Positions 44,422 to 54,021 are shown, counted from the first letter of the whole stretch. The stretch: DNA of 62,772 nucleotides, filler included, from Candidatus Fermentibacterota bacterium (GCA_016928395.1; 6 parts of 5 records of this genome joined end to end with filler, not necessarily neighbours in it), one strand, 5' to 3'. Numbers and translations are program-made. The notes: generated by a model from the letters alone, not told the origin.

Positions 44422-47400
44422 GTGAGCACGATGGCGAAGCAGCAGCAACAGCGGCTCGGCGACCTACTCGTCGAACATAAGGTTATCACCAAGAAACAGC
44501 TGAAGCAGGCGCATGAGGAGCAGTCGCGTGACACTGAGGGTCGCCGATTGGGGAGAATCCTGATTGACCTTAACTTTATTGGTGAAGAGACTCTTATCAG
44601 TTTTCTTGCACGGCAGTGCGGAATGCCTCACCTACGTTTGGGTGATTACGAGATAGACAGTGAGGTAATAAAGTACGTATCTCCTGAACTTGTAACAAAG
44701 TATCAGGCTGTACCCATCGACAAACTTGGGAAAATACTCACTGTTGCCATGGTTGACCCTTTGGACGATGAGGCGCTTGACGGCCTGCAGAAGGCCACTG
44801 GCTTCGTGGTCAAGCCTATCGTGTGTTCAGAAAAGGACATCGAGGACGCAATTGATCGGTACTATGGTGCGGGAGTGCTTGAGGCCAGTAAGGAAAGCCG
44901 CAGGCGGGCGGTCGCTGAAGCGTCGGGTCGGCCCACGGCAGAGCAGGAACCGGTGGCAATCGAGGAGAGTCTGGATGGCCTCCGGCCTCTGAAGCCATAT
45001 ACCTTCGACGAGTTCGTCGTCGGTCACGCGAACCAGTTCACCTACGCGACGGCCAAGGCCGTTGCTGAGGCTCCCGCACAGGACTACAACCCTCTGTTCA
45101 TCTACAGCGGCGTTGGTCTCGGAAAGACCCACTTGGTCAATGCAATAGGCAACCACATCCTTGCCCGTGACCCAGGATCCCGCGTCATCTATCTCTCTTC
45201 GGAGCGATTCACTGCTGAACTAGTCAGTGCGATTCAGAGGAATGATATCAAGAGTTTTCGGCGACGCTACCGTGAAGTGGATGTTCTGCTTCTTGATGAC
45301 ATTCACTTTCTGGCGGGCAAGGAGCGTGCTCAGGAGGAGTTCTTCCACACGTTCAACGAACTCTACAATGCACACAAGCAAATCGTCACGACCAGTGATC
45401 GGCCACCCAAAAGCATGCTTACTTTGGAGAAGCGCCTTCGGAGTAGGTTCGAGGGCGGGATTATCACCGATATCCAGCCGCCCGAGTATGAAACGAGATT
45501 GGCGATACTCCACAAGAAGATGGAGCGGATGGGACAAAGTGTGGATCAGCCGGTGCTTGAGCTTCTGGCTGAGCGCATCACATCCAATATCCGAGAGCTG
45601 GAGGGCGCATTACGAGGGGTGATCGCGTCTGCAGAGGCTGCTGGCGAGTCTATTACCCGGCGTTACGCCGAGCGGGTCTTGGATGAGATTCTTGGCGAGA
45701 CAGAGGCTGCGTCCAGGCAGCGCGAAGTGGAAGAGGAAGTTGCTGAAATCATCACGAAGGCCAAGGCGCGGCTCCAGGATGTGGTTGATGCCGGGGTCGA
45801 AGCCGAACTGCCCGAGGGTGTTGAGAACGTTCGCTCTCAGCTTGAGGTGGCCAATCAGGCGCTACGAAGTGGTGATCTGAATGCGGCCCGGAGCGCCGCG
45901 ATGGAGGCACGGGAGCGAGCGGTGGCATTATTGCGGGAGCAAGAGGAAGGCCGGAAAGTCCGGGCGCGTGAACGGATCGAATCTGGGCTGAGGGAGAAGG
46001 TAGGCACTCTGCAGCAGCTAATCGATCAGGCCGCACAGGTCGGAGTCGGGGAAGAGGTTGTCCAGGGTTTCTCCTCGTCCCTCTTGAACTTCGAGGGAGA
46101 AATGGCCCGCGGCGGAGATCCTGTACCGCTGGAGGCTGAGGTTGGCAGACTCTTGAAACAGGTCGCGAAGGCAATCGAGGAGGCGAGTATGAGCTCCCGT
46201 GCCGCTGAAGATTCTCGCTCTTTGGACTGGGAAATCACCGGTGTGCAAGCCGAGATGGATCGTTTGGCAGCGGCTACCCAGGGTCGCCTTGGGGCGCAAG
46301 CTTCGGAGGCGGAGCGTCTCCTTCGGGAAGCTATCGGTCTGGTCCGGGCAGGAAAGCACACACAAGCCCGTGCTCTGGTGAAGCAGGCCAAGGAGATCGC
46401 GACTGCGCTCAAGGCTGCGGGTATCGAAGATGCAGAGGAGCCGCAGAAGCTTGATGCCGATCAGGCCGTGAAGAGCGCGGCGACTGCCATCGAGCGAGCG
46501 AAGGCGGAGGGTGCAGCGCAGCTTGCGGCCCAACCTCTTGAAGAGGCGGAGGATCTGGTCATCAACGCCGAGGCGATGCTTGAAGCTGAGGAGTTCGATG
46601 AAGCGCTCGCCTATGCTTTGCGGGCTGAGGAGGCAGCACTGCGGGCGTCGGCGTCGGCCATCGAGCAAAGAACAGCCATCAAGCGCCAGGAGACTGAGCA
46701 GAACCTCGCCAAGGCGGCGGAACTGGTGGCATTGGCGACCGAGAGCGGCGCCGAAGAGTACTCCCGTGAGGACCTCGACGCCATTACTGCCAGCCAGGTC
46801 GAGGCCAAAGCTGCTGTGGAGCAGGACCGGGTCATCGAGGCTTTCGACCTTAGTCAGTCTCTGCTCCGAGCTTCTCAGAAGCTGCTCAACGACACCAAGG
46901 CGCGAAAGACCGAATCCCTCCGAAAAGCCCTTGCCGATCGCCTTTCCCGTGCTGAAGAAACGATCGAGCGCGCCCGTGGCCGGGGCGCGGCAAAGTACTG
47001 CCCAAGTGATCTTGGTGACGTGGAGAAGCTCCTGGGAGACGGAAAGAAGCTTCTGAAAGCCGGTCAGTTTGAGAAGGGGCTGGAGGTCTCAGAGGAGATT
47101 CCTGCTCGTGTCGATGCCTTGGCGCAGAAGACAGAACAAGCGCGGGACGCGGAAGAGTCGCTTCGCAAGCGGAGCAAGGAGACACTTCGGGAGGCAGAGT
47201 CGATCCTGCAGGGGGCTCTTGCTGCGGGTGCACTTCGCTATGTACTGAAGACCTTCCAGGACGCGCAGGTTGCCCTTGCCCGGGCGGTTGAGCTTGTTGA
47301 GGGTGAGGATCCACAGAAAGCGTTCCAGGAGAGCCAGACGGTACTGTCACAAGCCCGGCGTGTGATCGAGTCTATCGAGGAGAAGAAACTCGAGGTCAAG

Positions 47401-48347
47401 CGGCAGGAACTCCAAACCGTCATCGAGGGCGCGAAGGCGAATCTAGAGAATGCCGTGAAGGAAGGGGCCGAGAAGTACGTACCCTCTCTGTTGGAGGAGG
47501 CTCGGAACTCTCTGGCTCTGCTTCAGACTGCATACGATGAAGCCAAGTATGACGATGGCCTTGCACTCAAGGGACAGCTTGTGGAACTGGTGCGACAGAC
47601 GCGTCAGGAATCCGAGCAGAGGCGTCTCCGGGAGGAGAGGACTAGGAATCGCTGCCAGCAGTTGCTGGGTACAGCCAAGGATCTCGTGTCTCAGTCGGAA
47701 GCCTTGGAGGCATCGCGGTACGCGGGTGCCCAGTTGAAGCAGGTGAGAGGGCAGATCGAGGACGTAACTCATCATCTCGATGAGGATAAGGTAGAGGAGG
47801 CGGAAACACTCGCTCAGGCAACGCTTTCCATGGCTGAGAATCTCTTGGCTGCCACGCAGGAGGAACGCGGCGCCGAGATGAAGCGCACACTCCAGGGCTA
47901 TGTCGAGACTCTCTCCGAGATGCTCAGCCTTACTCTGGAAACAGGCGGCCGTCGATACGCACCCGAGAAGGTGCAGCGCGCGGAGGCTCAACTGGGAGAG
48001 ATTCGGCAGAGCCTCGAATCTGGTGAGTATGAAGCTGGCCTCGAGGGAGCGGAGCCTCTGGAGGCTCTGCTGGTGCAGCTCCAGGACGAGACTGAGACCA
48101 AGCGGAAGGAAGAAGAGGAGCTGCGTCGAACAACCCGAGCGGCGCTGGACCGTTCCGAGGAACTTCTCGGTGAGGCCATAGCTATCGGTGCTGAGGAGTT
48201 CGCCGAGGAGTCTCTCAAGAACGTTCAGGCTCTCTTTAGCAGGGCTTCCGATGTCGGTCGAGGTGATGACACTCGGCGGGCCTTTGAGCTGTCACAGGGG
48301 GTTGTTGAACGGGCTGCCAAGTTGGTCGAGGAAGCGAGAGTACGGAA
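44422..48347 (+). CDS. MshEN/T2SSE_N domain + intact DnaA-type AAA+ domain III + long array of DUF4398-like helical repeats; 3'-truncated
   Basis: [17 protein letters not shown] / [93 protein letters not shown]; then about 9 repeats of A..I..A...GA..Y....L. Confidence 0.9.
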
Positions 48348-48447
48348 NNNNNNNNNNNNNNNNNNNNNNNNNNNNNNNNNNNNNNNNNNNNTTAATTAAT
48401 TAANNNNNNNNNNNNNNNNNNNNNNNNNNNNNNNNNNNNNNNNNNNN
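48348..48447. other. Artificial contig spacer
   Basis: N-run with TTAATTAATTAA core. Confidence 0.99.
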
Positions 48448-48472
48448 GCGGATGCGGGGGATGAGGGTGATG

Positions 48473-48573
48473 GGTGCCGCGTGGAGTGAAGTTACAGCTT
48501 AGTGGGGGCCCCGGGCTCGCCCGGACGATACGTGGTGCAACTTCCGGTGCCGCGGCGGTAAGGTACAGCTTAG
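48473..48573. repeat. About 72-bp-period tandem repeat, related to 23036-23099
   Basis: GGTGCCGCG...AAG-TACAGCTTAG at 48473-48502 and 48545-48573. Confidence 0.65.
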
Positions 48574-48833
48574 CCACACTGAGGTAGCCGAAGGCGGCAT
48601 TGTGTTCGAGCGACGCTCGATGCCGCTCGCCGTGAACGCCGCAGGCGCTCCTGAGGCGAGCTTTGCTCGTACTGTGGTGCCCGCAGGACGCACTGCGATC
48701 GGCTTCAGCCGATACCGCCCTCACAGCACCCTGGGCTTGTGCCAGTGGATGAATACGGTGACCTTGTGAACTTGGAACGCGAGCTCCGCACGTATGAATT
48801 TGTGCGACCAGGAATCAGCAGTGAGGTAACGCA

Positions 48834-49064
48834 GTGAGACGCTCGATCGAGTGTCTGATCTACCGAGGCGAGCGACTCTACGTCGCCGAGTGCTTCGATT
48901 TTCCCGTCGTGACACAGGGCGCGACCCTGGACGAGGCAGTTGACAACCTTCATGAGGCTGTCGCGCTTCACCTTGAGGGCATGAATCTTGGGGAACTCGG
49001 CTTTGCTCCCTCACCTCGGCTTGACGTGAGACTCGAAGTCGGGGAACGCATCGGTGTCTCCTAA
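48834..49064 (+). CDS. hicB: HicB-family antitoxin
   Basis: YVAEC...VVTQGATLDEAVDNLHEAVALHLEG. Confidence 0.85.
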   Translation: MRRSIECLIYRGERLYVAECFDFPVVTQGATLDEAVDNLHEAVALHLEGMNLGELGFAPSPRLDVRLEVGERIGVS

Positions 49065-49299
49065 GCTGACGCCGCGTTCCGGCCGGGAAGTTGTCGAGAT
49101 CCTTCTCGAATTCTGATTTCGGCCTACCCGAACATCGGGCAGTCACGTGACGCTGCTCCGGGAGACTGAAGGCGCGAGGCAGTCGCTGACAATCCCACTC
49201 CATCGCGAGCTTGATGCCGGAACCTTGCGAGCGATCATCCGTGACGAGAGCCGATTCGTCGATTACGACCTTCTGAAAGCCGCGTTCTGGAGCCAATGA
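49054..49299 (+). pseudogene. hicA: HicA-family toxin with in-frame TGA (49114-49116)
   Basis: Hand translation MSPKLTPRSGREVVEILLEF*FRPTRTSGSHVTL...LTIPLHRELDAGTLRAII...; the stop falls at the conserved Gly of GF. Confidence 0.85.
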
Positions 49300-49317
49300 C
49301 CGCCGTCCGCGTGGCGG

Positions 49318-49666
49318 ACACCGTGGTCGACGCAGTCGACACCGCCCTCCGTGGCGCGCACGCGCTACCGTGGTGCCCGCAGGGCACACCGTGGGCGTCC
49401 CTGCCGCCACCGTGATGCGCTCCGCGCACACTGGCCCAATCCTCCAATCTCTTCGAAGATTCTTCCAATCGCTCCAACTCATTACACCCCAGCGCCATGC
49501 CTCGCGTCGTCGCCCATGCGCCGCCCTTTCGTCCTGGAAGATCCCTCCAATTCCGCTTTCCCATCGCCTTCCGAAGTGCGCGCCGCACACACCGTAGTCG
49601 ACGCAGTCGACAGTGCCTCACCGCGATCGCGCACGCGCTACCGTGGTGCCCGCAGAGCACACCGTG
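49318..49666. repeat. About 77-bp direct repeat pair (49318-49393, 49589-49666); partial third copy near 48670
   Basis: ACACCGTRGTCGACGCAGTCGACA...CGCGCACGCGCTACCGTGGTGCCCGCAGRGCACACCGTG. Confidence 0.8.
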
Positions 49667-50212
49667 CCGTTCGCGGACGCACCGCGCACCGTTGTGCGCC
49701 TTGCTCGCACAGAGGGCGTCGCAGACGCCACTGACCGCGGGCTCTGCCCGCGTGGCACATTGCTTGCGATGACACCCCCTCGTGCCCGGGGTGATGCGAG
49801 GGATCTCCCCTTGGTGACGAGTACATGCCGCCTTGACAGGATGAAGCGATGCGGATTGCAATCCGCGCGTGCTTCACGGTGGGGGTCCTGTCGAGGGTTG
49901 CCCGGGGCGTCGGCACACGCGGCGGCGCCCCGGGCGCTCTCAAAGTCCCTGGGGCCAGCGGGAGGGCTTACATTTGACTCAATCAGATGCAGCAGGCACT
50001 TTGCTGATAGCCATGGGCGAAGCTTCCTTGCACCAGGAGGAACCACTCCGTGCTGGCCGTGCAGGGTGAGCGCCTAGGGTTAGACCTTGAGATGTGACAG
50101 GATCGTTGTGATCAAAGAGTCTGGATTCGATTGGCGAGAGCATTGGGCCATAAGGACTCTGAGGGTCGTTACAGTGGCCAGTGACTGGGCCGAAAACAGG
50201 CGCAGAGGGAAG

Positions 50213-50232
50213 CTATTCTCATATGAGAATAG
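50213..50232. repeat. Palindromic site CTATTCT-N6-AGAATAG, copy 1
   Basis: CTATTCT CATATG AGAATAG. Confidence 0.8.
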
Positions 50233-50632
50233 TGAGCGGTGCCGGGGATCTGGCGGCGAGCGGGGGGGGAGGATGTTCGAGCCGATCGTATCCATCACGG
50301 CCCCTGGCGAAGGTGTTTCTCGGAACTGAACAGGGCCAAGGAAGCCGAAGTCATGGGCACGGTCAAGCGGTCCGGGTGCGAGGGCGAACCCGCACCCAGG
50401 CACGCCCATGAGGGTCGCTGGTGCACGGGCAGGGGGGTAAGGAGTCCCCGTTGCATAAACGTCTGTAGGCTCACACGGATAGGGGAGTGATGGGGCACGT
50501 GAAGATAGATTGAAGATTTGACCCCACGGGCGTTCAGATGGATCAGGGGCGGTGAGCCGGGCCGCGGGAGCCGGCATGACACCCTCGAGTGCTCTGCCGC
50601 GTGGCCGCTCGTGCGATAGCCCCTCGCGGGAC

Positions 50633-51931
50633 CTACCGAAGGATGCGAAGCATTTCCTGGGCGTGCCGGTTCTCGGGCATGAGGTCAACTGACCTCTCGT
50701 ACGCGGCGAGAGCCCCCTCTACATGGCCGTTCTCCACGTGCGCATCCCCGAGGCAATCATACAGGAGCGCAGACTGGGGCAGCGCAGCGGTTGCCCTCTG
50801 CAGCACGCTGATTCCTTCGTTTACCATGCCGCTGCGCACCAGCCGCATCCCGAGTATGCTGAACTCCTCTTCAGACCAGTAGAGTGCCTCCGTCGTGCGG
50901 CCAGCCGGCACCGGGTACCGCTGCAGCGCTGCCAGGATCCCCTCTCGCTCGATGGCGCGGCTCATCAGGAAAGCCGTGGAGTGATCGACCCTGACCCGAG
51001 TGAATCGCTCGGCGATGGTCGTGCAGAAGGTCTCCAGGTCGGCGCGGGACAGAGGCGGGCCGTGCCCCGGCACCACCGTTTCGAGTCCCGTCTCCCGCCG
51101 CAACAGGCCTTCCAGTTCACCCACGAGCCGCGACACGTCGGCCATGGCATTCACAGGGAAACCCGAGCTCCGCGGGGAGTTGATCACATCCCCGGTCAGC
51201 AGGAGCCTTTCTTCCGGGACGTAGACCAGGATGTCGTGATTCGTGTGCGCGTTGCCGCAGAACCGCAACTCCAGCCTCACGTCGCCGAGATCGAGACACA
51301 GACTGTCCGTGAAGGCAAGGGCTGGCGTTGAGGATGCCCGCACTTTTGCGGAATCTGGCGCCAACAACTCCAGCGAGGCGATTAGCGCCCTCAGTGCGGC
51401 GCCTTCTTTGCACTGTGGGTCCACGCTCTGGTATTTCTTGCGAGCCGCCTCAAGGCGGCTCGTGCGTGCCCAGTCAATGTGGAGCCTGGAAGCCATGGCG
51501 TGGCCGACATATGCCGCGAATCCGCGATGGGCGACCAGTGGGATGCCCGGGAATGCTCCGATGCCGCCCACATGATCCGGGTCGCCGTGCGTGACGATCA
51601 CGTTGATGAAATCCCCCCGCCCGAACTGCTCCTCAATGACACGGCGCACCTGCTCCATAATTATGCTCGAGTGATTCGTGTCGATCACCACGATACCCGA
51701 GTCGGCGGCAATCGCGGTGACGTTCACATCGAGGCACTCAACCACGATGACGCGATCGCTCAGGCGTATTACCGAAGAGGAGATCCCTGCGATGTCCTGC
51801 GCTGCAGTGCCTGCAACACCGGCGGGCCACTGGGCCCAGGCAATTCCTGAGAGGCCAGCCCACACGCAGCACGCCATGGGGAATGCCCCCCACACAGGGC
51901 TTCGTCGGTGTGGTGGATTAGCACGGGCCAC
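50633..51931 (-). CDS. Secreted metallo-beta-lactamase-fold hydrolase with C-terminal TPR
   Basis: VVIDT, VTHGDPDHVGG, AHTNHD, LLTGD, VVPGHG; C-terminal LYDCLGDAH...AYERSVDLMPEN. Start may be ATG 51877. Confidence 0.85.
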   Translation of the reverse strand: MARANPPHRRSPVWGAFPMACCVWAGLSGIAWAQWPAGVAGTAAQDIAGISSSVIRLSDRVIVVECLDVNVTAIAADSGIVVIDTNHSSIIMEQVRRVIEEQFGRGDFINVIVTHGDPDHVGGIGAFPGIPLVAHRGFAAYVGHAMASRLHIDWARTSRLEAARKKYQSVDPQCKEGAALRALIASLELLAPDSAKVRASSTPALAFTDSLCLDLGDVRLELRFCGNAHTNHDILVYVPEERLLLTGDVINSPRSSGFPVNAMADVSRLVGELEGLLRRETGLETVVPGHGPPLSRADLETFCTTIAERFTRVRVDHSTAFLMSRAIEREGILAALQRYPVPAGRTTEALYWSEEEFSILGMRLVRSGMVNEGISVLQRATAALPQSALLYDCLGDAHVENGHVEGALAAYERSVDLMPENRHAQEMLRILR

Positions 51932-52510
51932 TACGCGACCTCCCTGGGGGAACCGAGGGCACGTTGGTGCCGAATGTGACGTACGTGGTCAACTGGGCCG
52001 TGATTTCCTCCGCCGTCTGGCCCACCGAGGATTGGGAACCCACACGAAACCAGGGCTCTCTGACCTGAGACCGGGCGCGGAGGCAATGAGTAATTGTCTT
52101 GGGCGTGATCGGACAGGCAAGGCAACGGAGCAAGCGACCGTACGCTCGCGGATCGGCGTGGCTGGCGCATGAGTTGGGAGCCCATATTCGCTGAGCGTGG
52201 GTGTGCCTCCCCTGAGGTGGACTTGCGGCGGCAAGTCTACACCAGTTGGTGTTTGGTGTATGTGTGGTGGCGAAGAAACGAGAGGGCTATTCGTCGTCAA
52301 TGCTGAAGTTCAAGCCGTAGTCCGGACTGTGTTCGTATGGGATTCGGCGGGGCGCCGGCGATTCGACGACACCTCGGTCGGTGACGCACGCCGAACTCCG
52401 TCGTACTACTAGGCAAGAACGTTTCAGCGGGGCGTTTCGCTACAGAGTTGTTAGTGGGAATGATTCGTAGTTGTTCAAGGAGCAATCCAGAGGCCAGATC
52501 AGATCGTGCC

Positions 52511-52536
52511 GCACTATTCTAAGGTGAGAATAGTGC
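52511..52536. repeat. Palindromic site CTATTCT-N6-AGAATAG, copy 2
   Basis: GCACTATTCT AAGGTG AGAATAGTGC (10-6-10). Confidence 0.8.
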
Positions 52537-53043
52537 CTCAGCCCGCGTGTTGATCCTTCGAAGGGGCTTGGCGGGCTGTGCGGAGAGCCTGGTGCGCAAC
52601 GAAAGGTGCTCTCGTCCCGTTGCAGCTTCAGCGGAGACGGATGGCCGCCTGCGAAGCGGGCGGACTGCCGATTGGAGATTGCCGACTGCCGACTCCGTAT
52701 TCCGCATTCCCCGTTCCGAAATCGACATATGGCGCCGTGGTTGCCACCCCACGTGCGCCGATTGGACCCGCCGCTGGTCCCGCGCGCGGCACGCCTGAGC
52801 AGTCCCGAGATTATGGGCTCAAGATTGACCCCACGGAGTGCCGTACTGACCGCATGAGCCGACGACTCGGTGCCTTGACAGGTGCGAGTCGAGGCTCTTC
52901 CTTCGCTTTGCTTCCCTCCGAGAGAGATCTTCACCAGGGGCTGTGATGTGGCCAATCGGGTCTTGCGCAGAAGGTAGAGGGGTCATGCGGATCTGCATGA
53001 GACGCAGGCAGACGGCCTGAAGACACACCAACCGAGGTCCGAG

Positions 53044-53439
53044 ATGGTTCAACCACTCATTCGCAAGGTCGACTGCGTCAGCCTCCCTGTCCGGGATCTC
53101 GACGAGGCGCTTTCGTTCTATCGCGACCGTCTCGGTCACGAGCTCATTTGGCGTACTTCGTCGGCCGTCGGACTCCGGCTCGCCGAATCGGACTCCGAAC
53201 TTGTCCTACACACTGAATGCCGACCTCCCGCTGCGGAACTGCTCGTTGAAGCAGTTCCAGCGGCTGTCTCTCAGTTTAGGGAGGCCGGCGGCTCGGTGCT
53301 GTCGGGTCCATTCGATATCCAGATTGGGAAGTGTGCCGTCGTCTCGGATCCGTGCGGCAACCAGCTTGTGCTGCTCGACATGAGTAAGGGTGTGCTTCGA
53401 ACCGACGACCAGGGCAATGTCATTGAGCAGGCTGTCTGA
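53044..53439 (+). CDS. VOC (glyoxalase/bleomycin resistance) family protein
   Basis: VRDLDEALSFYRDRLG, GPFDIQIGKCAVVSDPCGNQLVL. Confidence 0.9.
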   Translation: MVQPLIRKVDCVSLPVRDLDEALSFYRDRLGHELIWRTSSAVGLRLAESDSELVLHTECRPPAAELLVEAVPAAVSQFREAGGSVLSGPFDIQIGKCAVVSDPCGNQLVLLDMSKGVLRTDDQGNVIEQAV

Positions 53440-53842
53440 GGAGCTTCCTAATTGTCGCATGTCAAGCCCTGACCATAGGCCGCTCCTCTCGATCGAAGCG
53501 GTCATCAGCCTTGCTACTTGACGTGCCTGGAACAGTGGTCCCCATGAGAATGTGAATTCTGGGAATGCCCACGAAATCAGGACTTCCCGCTCTCTGGGTC
53601 TACGAAAGCCGGCTTCAGAGGTTTGCCCGAAGGCAGGATGCGCGAGAGCTGGTCAGGGCGTTGACAGATGAGGGGGATCTCGGACAGGCTGACGGGGGCG
53701 CGGCGGGAGCGGAGTGCGTCTGTATGCCCTTCTCCTTCGGCAGGATGGACGCGTCCGAACTGAATAGTGGTTCGCTGCATTGTATGACGAATGGCCACAA
53801 CGTACACGCCCACGTCTTGAGCCGATCGGAGGACACGTGATC

Positions 53843-53950
53843 ATGAGCGTCGCGATTTCAATTCGCCCGCCTGAATGCCTCACCGCCGAGTTAGACGAGG
53901 CTGCGGCGGCCACGGAACGATCTAGGCCCGATCACAGCCAGGCTCGGACA
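53843..53950 (+). pseudogene. Ribbon-helix-helix (CopG/antitoxin-like) gene remnant
   Basis: GGAGGA RBS then MSVAISIRPPECLTAELDEAAAATERSR; similarity is lost afterwards. Confidence 0.45.
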
Positions 53951-54021
53951 ACGCTCGCGGGAGAACAGCGGTTTCCAAGAACGACTCCGCGATCAGCAGG
54001 AGAGTGCGGATCCTTCGCCAA

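Noticed and set aside
41882-44870. Calling these genes pilB/gspE
   Set aside because: Only the N-terminal domain matches; the ATPase is DnaA-clade AAA+, not the PilT/VirB11-type motor.
44422-48347. Calling this gene the chromosomal initiator dnaA, with oriC nearby
   Set aside because: No domain I or IV, no dnaN/gyrB context and no TTATCCACA box clusters seen.
49114-49116. TGA-to-Gly recoding suggested by the stop at a conserved Gly in hicA
   Set aside because: Many conserved genes here (clpC, gdhA, mcsA, lolD) end at TGA at the expected length, often in TGATG overlaps, so the standard code applies.
49318-49666. CRISPR array
   Set aside because: Only two long imperfect copies, no regular repeat-spacer period and no cas genes.
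48721-50688. Long ORFs 48721-49590, 49235-49861 and 50080-50688
   Set aside because: They are antisense to hicBA or run through GC-rich repeats; Arg/Pro/Ala-rich with no recognisable motifs.
48448-54021. Integron cassette array
   Set aside because: Small cargo genes are present, but I could not identify paired RYYYAAC/GTTRRRY attC ends or an integrase.
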